Assembly (NCBI RefSeq): GCF_964194155.1
Contig: NC_135896.1
Location: 18,538,001-18,602,000 of the forward strand
DNA: 64,000 bases
Source of the DNA: Cetorhinus maximus
Lineage: Eukaryota
Direction: 5' to 3'
Part shown: positions 23,732 to 35,727 of the stretch, piece after piece
How positions within the stretch are numbered: the stretch's first letter is position 1
How the letters are laid out: the number at the start of each line of letters is the position of its first letter
Made by a program: the position numbers and the translations under genes
The notes under the pieces: generated by a model
The model's input: the letters and a program-made list of their open reading frames with translations, nothing else
Databases searched by the model: none
Told to the model about the DNA's origin: nothing

Positions 23732-25887
23732 GTAATGTCTTGAAACTGTGCGTGTGAAATTTGCAAGTTGGTGGGCCGGGGGTTGAGGGGGGGTGGTGGG
23801 ATTGTTGGGGGGTGTTTGGTAGCGATCTGTCAGCGTTCGCCATCATTCTCCCTTTGAATCTGACCTCAACGCCAGGATTTAGCGCAAACTCAAATTAATA
23901 CGAGAATCCTGAAGTTGGGGTCTGCCACTCACTGCTCTGCCGCAGGCTGTACCTCTTTCGAGTTATCAACAGTCACAGATTGTAACTCTTTCGAGTACAT
24001 TCACAGTTCTTGGTTTCCAGGAGTGGGACATGAACCCACAACCTTCTGATTCAAAGGCGAGGGTGCTATGAACTGAGCCACAGCTGACACCTCCAAATGT
24101 TAAGCAGTGGGCCGCAGGCTGTACAGTGGACTCCCCAGAGCCAGCAATCAATTACATCAATTGATGTGGCATCGCTGTTAGAAACCCCAGAAAAATGTAA
24201 TCTTTGTTCAATGAGGTGTAGCTGGGGTTTTAACACTGGTCTGAGTAATTACTACTGCTGAACAACAGTTCTGGCTCGAAAAACAAATCTTATATTTGTA
24301 GAGCATTGTGAATATTAACTACCAGGCTTTTAATAACTAGATTTTAAAAAAATAATTACATGATTTTAAAGTCTGTTCATGATATTTCAGCTTTAACTTC
24401 AACTGATATATATGCCCCAATCTTTATGTTGCTCTCCATGAAATTTATAAAAAATAATTTTATTATTGGTGCTTTTCATTTCTTGGTTGGTTGACTGTGA
24501 GAACTCCTCAATGTGATTGGTTCTGAGAACAGTTTGATGACATCATTGCAATTTGACACTGATAAGCTACGCTACAATCAATTGCACATCAAAAGAGTTA
24601 AAGTTCTCACCACACAGATCAGTGGTGAAGATGTTTGCTTTGCTGCTGACTGAAAAATCTGGGTCCCTATGCTCCTACTGAATTTTAAACTAAGCCACAT
24701 ATAGGGCTAGAAGAATCTAGCAGCCTTACCTATATCTCCATATATGAAGAACAGTCTAGCTGTAGGCCCTAATTTCTCTAGTTCTATGATATATTGGTCC
24801 ACATTTTATGTTACTCTTGACTCTGACCAAAACCTATTAAGAAAGCAACACTCATATTTACAAATACTCAATATCCATCTTTATATTTGTTTAAATTATT
24901 TAGCTGTCTTTCACTTCTAAAAATAACAAAACTTAGATTCAGGAGTATTTGGTGCGAAAACTGTTGACCACTCTATTTAGGAATGCAGCAGACAAGTTTT
25001 TTGTAGTATGTGGCTGGTTCATTTAAGTGCATGGGCCGTTTACATTTTTTTTTTGCACAGCCGCACATGTGCAGTAACTTGAAGGGGTCCACCTGTACAC
25101 AGCCTGCAGAGGAATGTCTGGACAAGTGGTCCTACAGCTTAAGGAGAACATTGCTTTCTGACCAGCAGGAGGTAGGATTGGACCCCAGTGCTACCCATGA
25201 CTTGAACCTGTTTCTTTGAGCTTCATCTGGGCACAGATGGTTCAATAGGTGATGTGTTGCTTAGGATCAAACTGCTTCACCTTGGAATATTGTAGAAAAC
25301 TGAGATTGTCCAGTCCAGCTAGTTGGAATCTTACCTCCTGGCTAGAATCAAGTGTTTGCAGCCCATTATCAGTCTATAGCCTACATTTAACTTTTCAAAC
25401 AGGGAACATGCAGCACTTTTAAGACATATGGGTTAAAGTTTTGCTATTTGCTTTGTGTAACACATTCATTTGTTCTATCCATCATTGTAACTGTGACACT
25501 AGCTACTTTAAAATGAATGAGTTAAGTGCTTTATTAAAATAAAGTACAGTGGAATTTCATGCCAGTACATTGAGTCTTTTGCTATGAACTTTTCAGAGTG
25601 TGACAGGAGATACTCAGCAAATCAGGCATTCAATGAGAAAACACAAGATTGTTGATATTTCAATATAAAATCTTACCGCAGAATAAGGGGTTTTATACCT
25701 TTAATACCATTAACTCTCTGTCTAACCTGTTGAGTACTCCAACCTCTTCCGGTTTTTTCTCAGGTTTCCAGCATTTATAGTATTTTGCCTTTTGTTCATT
25801 ATATAAATAGGCCCTAATTTGAATATGTTCTAGGTGTAGACATGGGGCATCAGTTCCATTAATTTGTCTTTTTTTATTAATCTTTAG

Positions 25888-26054
25888 GTGCCATAGCCAT
25901 AGCTGAGTTTGTAGTAGAGAGTGCTGGTATCCTAAGGCTGGATCTGCGAAGGAACAGAATTAGAACTGGAGGCCTAATGGCCCTGTCTCTTGCTCTGAGA
26001 CTAAATCATTCATTGGTCAGACTGGATTTGGACAAGGAACCAATGGGTGAGACG
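25888..26054 (+). CDS. PPP1R37: Coding exon (phase 1-0) of PPP1R37-like protein; last exon found in the window
   Basis: tctttag| acceptor, |gtaagt donor; (G)AIAIAEFVVESAGILRLDLRRNRIRTGGLMALSLALRLNHSLVRLDLDKEPMGET matches PPP1R37 AEFIAES..LLRLDLRENEIKTGGLMALSLALKVNHSLLRLDLDREP. Confidence 0.93.
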
Positions 26055-26470
26055 GTAAGTAGGCAAGGGTTGATCAGCAAGTAGCTATTTGATGTGAGGT
26101 ACTGTCTTTGCAAATTCACTTGGTACACTTGTATTCACAGCGGCAAGAATGACAATATCTTCGTGTCATCCCCGGATCAAGTAGGAATAATACCAATTTT
26201 GATTGAAGTTGAAATAGCTTATGGGCAGAGTTTTGAGTTCAGTGGGCCAGCACTGTCGGCAAGCCTGGGATCGGCTGGGAAACAGGTTGCCGCCTGCGAT
26301 CGGCCTCCGATCGCAATTTCACGCTGGTGGGTCAATTAAGCGCCAGCGTGAAATACCGCTCCCCGCTGGTTGGGACAGGTCCAGCAGTGGTGGGGTCTAT
26401 CAGCCGCCGGGTCCAATGGCAACCTGGCGACTGGTTTAAAATCGGCACAGGCAGCCCCTGGAAGGCTGCC

Positions 26471-28347
26471 ATGGAAGAACATCAGTCCTGTGTTAGCAGG
26501 CCCAAGTGATGGAGTCGAGTGCGCCTGGAAATGCCAGGCGGGAGGGCATTTCGGGTGGGCATCTCGGCCCCCCGCTTTTTGGATGAGTGCCTTGCAGTCC
26601 TCCTGGAAGAGGTGGCTGTCAGGAGGGACACCCTTGTCCCCAGAGATGGGAGGAATAGGTCACCGCCCCTCACAAAGCAGGCATGGGAAGAGGTTGCAGC
26701 GCTGGTTAGCAGTCATGATGTGGTGAGGCGCACATGGGTGCAGTGCCGGAAGAGGTCCAATGACCTCATGTTGACATGGGTCAGTGTGCAGAAGTGTTAA
26801 GGTGTGGCCGTCCCCACTGTGGACCTCACAGGTGCTAGAACCTGAGCGCCAACTGTCAATGACGCCAGAGCTGGCCAAGGGGATGAGACCTGGCTGCTTG
26901 AACTGCCTTGCAGCTTGAGGGCCATGACTCGGACTCTACCCTGCGAGGTGTTCAGCAGGTGGGGTTGGCCAGGCTGCAATGGTGCTGCAGATAGAGAGTG
27001 GACTAATCAATGCTCCTCTGTCCTTTCAGGAGAAGACAAGCCATAACCAAGCAGAGAGTTCATGTACAGTTGGAGGCCCGCCCAACCTGCTGCTGCTGAC
27101 CAGGTTTGAGCAGGACGCCCTCGAGAGAGACAGCACACTCCCCATGCAACCAGGCATGGAGAGGCGGGGGTGCCAGACGAAGGTAAGAGCACAGTGCACA
27201 GAGGTGAGACTTTCGGATTGTGCAACCATTCTAATGTAGTCTCCTCATTAATGGGAGCCTCAAGCCTGGAGTCCCCATTGATCATTGAAAGATGGTGGCA
27301 CTATAATGCAGATCTCCATTGACTCACCAGGGTGCCTGGCATGCACAGTGACAGAGGGATAACTTTAACTAATGACATGTCCTTGTTCTCCCTTTTAGAC
27401 TTGCTCTTTGGACCCCGAAGGGCCACCCCTGACACTGGAGGACCACAGGGCTTCACTTGCACCTGTGTCTCACCTGCTGTCTGAACCAGGCACCAGCACA
27501 GATACCAGCACCTCGGTGGGCATTAGATCAGTGGCAAGAATGTCGGTGCACATTGTTGAGGGCATTTCACACTGGTTTGAGATGCAGGTGGAGGCAGAGA
27601 GTGCCCAGGGCACTGGCAGTCGGAGGACTGCTGGGGACCAGGATGATACTGGGTCGAAGGCAGATGAACCTCTGGAGTCGTCCATTAGGCGGCAGATGCT
27701 GGATGTCCAGCGGGATGTGGGGGAGGATCTGGCGTAGATCCATGGGGGTATGTGTGCCATGGTCTCTGTTATGGAGGAGTCCATGTGGAGCATGAGCACT
27801 GCGTTGATCCTCATGGCCAAGCGCACTGCCTCCTCCATTGAGAGAGTGGCGACTCCATGTAGAGGCAACTCCAGGGACAGAATAAGGGTTCCTGGGGTTG
27901 TGTTTGGACCTGCACGCCTTCACACAGGCACTGACCTCAGTTGGACAGTGCCAGTGTGGGAGATGATGAGACACCCAGTATCCCAGCTAGGTGCCTGTCT
28001 ATCAATGGTGAGTAGGGAGGTCCAGAGCGACCTCACATTGGCGCATGAGCTGCTTGTCATCTCTGCGGGCTCCTCTCAGGGTGCTCTGGATGATGGTGGC
28101 AGCTCCTCCACCCCTCTGCCAGTGACTCTGGCATCTGATGAGGCTGCGATGACTGGGGAGATGCCAGCAGTGGCACTGGCTGCTCCCTCCCAGGCGGGGC
28201 CAGCACAGGCTCCACTGGCAAGGGACGGCTGCCAAGGTCATCAAGGCCACCAAGACAGCAGAGTCAGGCAGGCTGCCTCTAATGCCGCTGCCAGTGAGTG
28301 GGGCACCAAGACACAGCACTCACAAGCGTAAGTTTAAAATACCATGA
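26471..28347 (+). pseudogene. Harbinger Myb/SANT-like DNA-binding protein gene, 3 exons (approx. 26471-26779, 27030-27182, 27399-28347), disrupted
   Basis: APRF..CLAVLLEEV..RRDTL...QAWEEVA..VSS...RRTWVQCRKRSNDL (Myb/trihelix-like); exon 2 EKTSHN..TVGGPP; basic C-terminal tail HKRKFK; in-frame stops at 26507 and 27735; GT-AG introns. Confidence 0.8.
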
Positions 28348-28683
28348 ACACAAGGGATAGTTCACTGGTGATTTTCTGTTCATTTATGTTTGGTTTATAT
28401 GTCTGTTGGTGTGGACATCAACACCACTAATGGTAATGTCGTATGTCATTATGCATTCAATGTGACAATAACATTAAATTTGCTTTGGTTCTGATGGCCT
28501 GAGTATGCTTCACCTTTTTTCTTTCTGGTGCAGGTACGTCAGTATGTAATGCTGGATGTGAGTGGCTGGATACTTTACTGCACAGGCATGGAGTGGACTT
28601 TGCGGTCAAGTGAAAGGGTCACTTCAGACTTCCGGGATGGAGGCGGCAGCCCTGGCATGAGGTGCAAGTAGATCTTTGGCAGC

Positions 28684-29887
28684 CTAGCTGAAGGTGCATT
28701 GGATCAAGGCATTTCTGGTATCCCTACCTCCCTGGAGGTTACCGAGGTCTGCCTCCATGCCCTCAGCATTCTCCTCACCGTGCTCCTCTTCTGACTCACT
28801 ACTGGATTTATTGTCTGTGGCCTGTGGAGCTGTGTCAAGATCCTCTTCCTCCAGTGGGTCCCCCCTTGCCAATGCCAGATTGCAGAGAGCGCAGTATGCA
28901 ACCATTATCAGTGACACCGGCTCTGGGGGGTATTGTAGTCCTCCCCCTGAACGGTCCAGGCATCGAAAGCACATCTTGAGAAGACCCTATGGTCCTCTCT
29001 ACCACTGCCCTTTTGGAGGTATGGCTCCTATTATAACGTTACTCTGCCTCTGTTCTTGGGTGGCAGAGAGGGGTCATAAGCCACCTTTTCAAGGGATAGT
29101 CCTTGTCACCCAGCAGCCATCCATCCAGTTGGGCTGGAGCACTGAAGAGCTTCGGCACCTGGGAGTGTCTCAGGATGTAAGCGCCATGGGAGCTGCCTGG
29201 TTACCTTGCACAGACTTGTAGAATCAGCATCCTGTGATCACACACTATCTGCACGTTCATGGAGTGAAAGCCCTTCCTGTTGACGAAGGCACCTGGCTGA
29301 CCTGCTGCCGCCTTGATGGCCACATGTGCAGTCAGGGCGGAACCCAGCAATCACTGCAAACCCTCTGGCTTGCTCATCCTAGCTGGCCTCATCCGTTTGG
29401 TAAAGAATAAAGGTCAGTACCCGCCTGAACAGAGCTTCTATCACCAGCTTATGCAACTATGGACATCCGATTGGGAGACTCCACACAGATCCCCCACTGA
29501 GCCCTGGAAAAAGCCAAAGGCATGGGAGTTGAGGGCCGCTGTGACCTTCAGAGCCACTGGCATAGGGCGTCCAAGCACACAGTTGGAGCTGATCTCAGGC
29601 CCAATCATCTGACAAATGGAGGTCATGGTCTCCTTTGAGAGGTGGAGCCTCTTTCTGCATTGCATCTCAGACATATTGAGGTAGCTGCATTGCCACCTGT
29701 AAACCCTGGCAGCAGGATAGTGGCATTTTCTGTGGCCCCTTCCACCTTGGATTTCCTGCTGGCTCTGCGTCTGTCCTCCCACAGGTCACTCCCCTGGAAG
29801 CTGCATTGGGACACCTGGCCTCCTCTCCCTTCTGCCCCTTTCTTCCTCCGCAGGGGAGATGCCTCCAGCGGAGCCCACAATCCCTAT
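28684..29887 (-). pseudogene. Harbinger (HARBI1-like, DDE_Tnp_4) transposase pseudogene
   Basis: Motifs KVTAALN..A.G.FQG..GDLCGVSQS, DCT(H)VAIKA, FVNRKGFHSMNVQIVCDH, PGSSH(D>G), WLLGDK(G>D)YPL..WLMTP, LKM.FRCLDRSGG.LQYPP; several stops, frameshifts and a deletion just before the first catalytic Asp. Confidence 0.88.
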
Positions 29888-30398
29888 TACCAGGGTAACG
29901 GAAGACTGTCTGATACCTGGAAGTGTCCACATGGTCTGAATCATTTGGGGGCCTTGGAGACACCAATAAGTCCTAAAATGAAGCCTGGAAATACTAACAA
30001 AGAAGCCCCAAACAGAGATGAAGCTGCCAATAAGCAATCAGCAGCAAACCCGTCACTACTCACAATGGCAATGCTGCTGAACCTTTGTATCCCACCCTTG
30101 GATGTGGTTCAGCAAATTGTCGGCTGCCCGCCTGCCTGTTTTGCATGTGCGACAAGTGCAAAATCGCACGGGCAATGTAAAATCCAGCTTAATTGCCTTT
30201 TTAATGGCCTGAATTGATGGTGGGCACGGCTCCGACTCCCGGGCATGCCTGCCGAATGAAATATCACACGTGTGCAATGACGTCGGGGCGCGATGACGTC
30301 GGGGCACTCACCCGATGTCATCACGCGCTATTTTATGCACATGGCACAATGGTAAAATCCCTAGTGCGCTGAAAAGATAAGAGCACCTCTGAAATACG

Positions 30399-30525
30399 GG
30401 GCAGAATTTTACAGCCCCGTCACAGAGGGAGCAGGGCCATAAAATGTGGTGAGCCATTCAAAACTCCATTGCCTTTGGTGGGAATGGAAGATCTCCCCGG
30501 CGGGAGAGGCCGTAAATCCATGATC
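30399..30525. mobile_element. Short MITE, same family as 584-699
   Basis: GGGCAGAATTTTAC end; shared core taaaatgtg..gagccatt..aaactccat. Confidence 0.6.
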
Positions 30526-30828
30526 TTTGATGGAGTTTCTGTTTTTTCCTTAAGTTTCCTTTTTCTGCCCTTTGTATCCCGTCTCCTTACAACTTTGGCA
30601 TTGTGCTGGGTACTGTTCAATGGGTGCCAATTGCAATGGAGCACCTTGTATGAAATTTCTTTCATCATGTGCCGACATAAACACTGAGAGTCATCCCATT
30701 CATTCTCTCACCTAACATGCGTAATTATGCGCTCCAGCCGGGAGCTATTAGTTGAGGTGTCCCATTTTAGTAAGTGTATACATTCACCAGGGTCGCATGT
30801 TACCAAGGAACTGAGGTGGCTAAAGGTG

Positions 30829-30958
30829 GAAGAGTCATACGGACTCGAAACATTAACTCTGTCTTTCTCTCCACTGACGCTGTCAGGCCTGCTGAGTTTC
30901 TCCAGCATTTTTTGTTTTTGTTTCAGATTTCCAGCATCCACAGTATTTTGCTTTTATC
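30829..30958 (+). mobile_element. Penelope-like element 3' remnant
   Basis: gaagagtcatacggactcgaaac...; same family as 101 and 718. Confidence 0.65.
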
Positions 30959-31693
30959 TTGGCTAAAGGAAGGCTTTTCAAAAAATTATGAAGGGTTCTG
31001 ACAGGCTAATAGAGAAAAATCAATTCTCTGTTAGCCTTGGGAAGCTAATGGCAATAAGGTCATCAATTCAAACTTGTTTCTGAGAGAATGGGGTAGACCA
31101 CAGAAGAAATTCCTGTTGTTATTTAGCAGTAATTAAGGTTTACCACACTATTAAAGGGTTATTAAACTGGAATGCACTAACTTTTCTGTTGAGTTTAGTT
31201 GGTATCTATGAGGTACATAAAGGGACATCACATCGCTCAACATATTTGAATGTGCCAGGTGGTAAGATGCCGTTTTCACTCAGCTTTTGAAGTAGCAGGG
31301 CAGCTCAGACACAACCTGCTGACTTCTACATTAACTGCGCATATGCTGTCGCTGGAAATAGATAATTTGAATTCGACAATTGGAAATTGAAATTCACATA
31401 AATAAAGGTGGACGCTGTTAGCTTCACTGTTATTTTAACGACAAGATCCAGCCCAATTACTGCTCATTTACCTTATTGTAGGACCTTGCCATGTGCAGAT
31501 TAGGGGTTGCATATTAACGGTAATTTCTGTGTTGAGAGCTGCTTCTTAATGATGTGATACAATGCTATATAAATGCAAGCCCTAATATAGAAGAAGTGCT
31601 GTATTTTGGTAAGCTGGAAAAATTGAACTTCTAACACCTCAATACACCCTTTGTACCACTTTAAAGTTATAAATTGAATTTATTATAAATCGT

Positions 31694-32298
31694 GGCCAGA
31701 ATCAATGCACAGCTGCCGATAGTTTGGTCAGTGGGCACGCATCAAAACTGGCAGCGCGCCCGCCGACAATTAAAGGGCCTATTCAGGCCATTAAGTTATC
31801 AATTGTCCTTAAATTTTCACTGTCCGTTCAACCTAATGGTTGATGGGCAGGCGAAAAGGCCAAGTGGCCTTTGCATTTATTTGGAAATACAAATGAAATA
31901 AAAACTTAAATTTTTAATTACAACCATGTCCCTGCTCATGTGACAGAGCCACACGAGGGGACATGTTTTATTAAATTCTTCTGTTGCGTAATAATTTTTT
32001 CAACATATTCTTCATCCCCCTGAGGCAGTTCCGTGCCTCAGGGAGATTATTCAGCGCTCTTTGGTGCGCATGCACGAAGTTGGCGTTAGGCCTGCTGGCC
32101 CTCCCCCCCACCCCCCCACCCCCCTCCACCTGCACAGGCAGCGCTCAGCACTGCCGCTCACGTATCACGCTGGGAGGGCCTTAACTGGCCTGCCAGCGTG
32201 AAATCGTGGCGCACTGTCGATCGCGGGCGATGGTCAGCTTCCTGACTGCCCCCGCCCGCCCCCTGCCAATCCCGCGTGCCAAGGGCAAAATCCTGCCT
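31694..32298 (-). mobile_element. Harbinger-family MITE
   Basis: Same arms and core as the 22128 copy in reverse; end GGCAAAATCCTGCC. Confidence 0.75.
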
Positions 32299-33284
32299 CA
32301 TATTTCTGAACAGACTTGTTTTGAATGGACTAGCCAAATGACTAGAGTGTAAATTAAAAGCTGCTGTATTTTTAGTTCAAAATCTTATTTCCTGCTTCCT
32401 GTAAAGTGATTCGAGGGCTTTTTCCATACAGAAGGCGTGCTGTAGAAATGTAGATCATATTTTAACCTAAAAACAAACCTCATTGCCCAATAGCAGGTTT
32501 CCTAATGCGATTGGCATTTTGTTATGTTTCCACTCTTAGTACCTGCACAATGATATTCTATTGTCCAGCTTGGACTCATAGCACTCCTTCAATGATGCAC
32601 TGAAATCAATAGGTAGAATGGAAGGTGTGAAGGCTGACATGTTTTAGCATCTAAGCTAAAGCCTTGTCCTGGAATATTTCTTTAAAATATCATAACGCAC
32701 TAAATTATGGCAAGGCAGCAGGCAAACAGCAATACTAGATTTCATTTAAGGATTAAAATGACTGGTAGTGCCTAATAAATTTTGATGCAAAAATGTACTT
32801 ACTATGAATCAATTATAAACATCTGTAGCAATATTAAATGTGATTCAAATGAATTTCCATGCCTTGGGCTCTCAGTGGTGTGCATGTCAAATTGATACAC
32901 AAAACTGTGTAATTGCTGTGCATTTTCACAACTAGACAACAATCCTAGATAATCAAGTTTCTGGGGGAATTCCTGTCCCTGATTTTGGATCGCTGGTTTG
33001 TTTCATTATCCCATATTCCTTCCAAATTTGGAAGGAGTTAAAAGCCGAGTGTGACCTGTTGCCGCATTTTATTTAAGGAGCTTTTTGCTTCGTTGCTTTA
33101 TAAAACTTAGCTTCACATTAACAGCGTTTCGATTTTAATATGGAGCAGGATAAATCATTAAAAGCAGAGCTTTCAATGTACTGTCAACCACCCAGAAAGA
33201 TCAGAAAGTCCCCCAATTTAGCATCCGGTAGTTTTTAAAAAGAAAAATTCCAGAGATTTCCACTCTTCCTAAGAATGTACTCTT

Positions 33285-33627
33285 AGTAGATGCAGGAAGG
33301 ATGTCCCCGATGATGGGGGGAGTCCAGAACTAGGGGTCACAGCCCGAGGATATGGAGTAGGCCATTTAGGACTGAGATGAGGAGAAATTTATTCAGCCAG
33401 AGAGTGGTGAGCCTGTGGAATTCGTTACTACAGAAAGTAGTTGAGGCCAAAACATTGTATGTTTCCAAGAAGGAGTTAGATATAGCTCTTGGGGTGAAAG
33501 GAATCAAAGGATTTGGGGAGAAAGCAGGAGCAGGCTACTGAGTTGGATGATCAGCCATGATCATAATGAATGGCGGAGCAGGCTCGAAGGGCCGAATGTC
33601 CTACTTCTGCTCCTAGTTTCTATGTTT
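33285..33627 (+). mobile_element. CR1 LINE 3' end
   Basis: SRTRGH, RRNLFSQRVVSLWNS; tail gatcagccatgatc...ggcggagcaggctcgaagggccgaatg...tttctatgtt. Confidence 0.85.
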
Positions 33628-33639
33628 ACTCCACATGTT

Positions 33640-34473
33640 GGGCTGGGTTATTTGCCGACGGTGGGCTCCACACATCAAGGCGTAAATGTTGAGGTTGAGC
33701 CCGCCTCTGCTTGGCAGGCTCATCCTGCTTTAATTTTTCAGCCAATGGTCCTTCAAGTATTTAAGAGTTCTGTCCCTCTTCAGAAGGAAGTCCTCCTCTT
33801 GGAGCTGCTGGCCAACTGTAGGCCGACAGCTCTGCAGTACTGGCAGTGCCACCGGGCAAAGTGCCCACTGCCGAGCAAAAAATGGATGACCTGAATCCCA
33901 GGTAAATCCGGGATCTCACCGAGGCCAGTCTGGCAGACCCCAGTGAAGGGGTGTGTGGGGGCATGTTGGAAAGTGTGTTGGAGGGGGGAGAGGGTGGACA
34001 AGGGAAAATTGTAGGAGGGGCCCAGAAGGGAAAACTAGTAAAAACTGGGAATGTAGCATAGTGGCCTGAACTGGTCTTGTATACCTTAAAATGGAACACC
34101 AGTAAAAACTGGGAATTTAGAATACTGGTCCAGACTGTTTTTCCTTCTGGTGGGGTGCCTATAAATGACACTGAGAATCCTGAAAGTAGCCACCCCATTC
34201 ACTGGCCAGCAATCCTCAGGGACAAACTTAGCGGGCTGCATATTGAGTCCAGGCCTCTCCCATCACCCATTAAATATAGCGGCAGCAAGAGGAGGCCCCT
34301 AAGTGGACATTAATTGCACACTTAAAGGCCTCAATTGTGTCATCAGCAGGCAGCCAACCCGGTGCCTCCCCCACCACTCATAAAATTGCGATGGGAGCAG
34401 GCTGATGGCACGGTGTCCTTACAGGCCCACCCGCCCACTTTCCTGCCCACGGGTGGCCTGTATAATCCAGCCC
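33640..34473. mobile_element. Older GGG-ended non-autonomous DNA transposon (MITE-like)
   Basis: Ends GGGCTGGGTTAT / ATAATCCAGCCC, flanks GTT/ATT; ggcc..ttaattg motifs. Confidence 0.5.
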
Positions 34474-34539
34474 ATTGGCCACTCTTTTTGTGATGAATGC
34501 ACTGACATTAGTCTTAGTTCTTACATTTTACTGTATTGA

Positions 34540-34970
34540 GCCTGTCATTTTCAATGTCAGAGAATGTCACATTGTCATACCCACAATTTTACTTCAAGTA
34601 ATTACCCATTTTCTTGGCTGCCTTTACTTCTTCATCTCTCAGATACTTTTTCCACCCCTAGGTTGTAAAGCCCAAATTTCTCCAGTCTTCTCTTATAACT
34701 TGTAGCTTTGATATTAGGGCTCAGTCTCTTGGCTCTGATCTGCACTGCCCCCAACGTTTGTGCCTCAGTGATGAGATCTGGACATCAGTACTCAACGTGT
34801 AACCTGACCAACAAAGTTTGTATTCTACAGCTTTGGCTATGTGGTTCAATATTCTATTGGCTTTATTGGCTCCTGCTCTGCAATGATTGGACATGTTACC
34901 CTTTGCAGCCAGTAAGGTTCTTTCAGCTTCACCTTTGGTTATTTCAACTCCACTCATTGAGTACCTGGAA
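34540..34970 (-). mobile_element. Decayed CR1 LINE fragment
   Basis: Reverse strand NKANRIL..IAKAVEY and LVR..VEY remnants. Confidence 0.5.
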
Positions 34971-35727
34971 CACATATTTTCCTTATATGAAATACTTGAG
35001 GTGCACCCACCCCTCCTCAGAATGAAAAAAACAGTAAAAACTGGGTAATAAGAAAACTGGTCCAAACTGGTGTACTGTTAATTGGTTTACTCTGGGAAAG
35101 AGCAGCCACAAAACCTGCACACCTGAGGAGTTGGGTTGTAAACAGAAATATAATCCTGCTGTTGCTCCAGGGATTACGGGGGTGAGATTTCACTCCAAGT
35201 TTTGGCCATGAGTCTTGCCCACCAAAAGCACATATTGGGAATGATGGGCAAGTCTTGGACATATATCACTGTCCCCTTTACAGTTGCTTGTAGGCCTTAA
35301 AATGGAACACCAGTAAAAACTGGGAAATAAGAGTACTGGTCAAAACGGTTCTTTCCTTCTGGGGGCCACATGTTTTGGTCAGTAACCCCTCTTCCTCTAT
35401 CAAAGATAGCCTGAATTATTTGTAACTGTTTAGCATTGAAAAGGCCTACAGGTGACTCTTTAGATTTGATGGAGTTGGATACAATTTTGAATTTGCAGTG
35501 TCCCAGGGCAAGATACAGAGTGCGACTGAAGAATTAATCAGAGACCACACCACCTCAGCCTGTCCTTGCATAGCTTTTTGTGACTCATGTAACTGGAAAA
35601 AAGACTGGGCACAAGTTGCTTGCTCACACCATCTAGGCTTGAAATTGGTGCATGTATTTGTGGAAGGGTCTCTAAAAAAGGAAAAATATAATCGAAAGGA
35701 AGTAAATTGTTCTGGTGATTCTTCTTC

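Larger units (their letters stand above)
26223..30361. mobile_element. Decayed autonomous-type PIF/Harbinger DNA transposon (Myb/SANT-like gene + DDE transposase, convergent)
   Basis: Left end GGGCAGAGTTTT, degenerate right end (gtaaaatccc); two convergent ORF remnants typical of Harbinger; both subterminal regions match the MITE copies elsewhere in the window. Confidence 0.85.

Noticed and set aside
28684-29887. Possible domesticated HARBI1 host gene
   Set aside because: Multiple stops, frameshifts and altered catalytic motifs, flanked by transposon ends and a Myb partner: a dead transposon copy.
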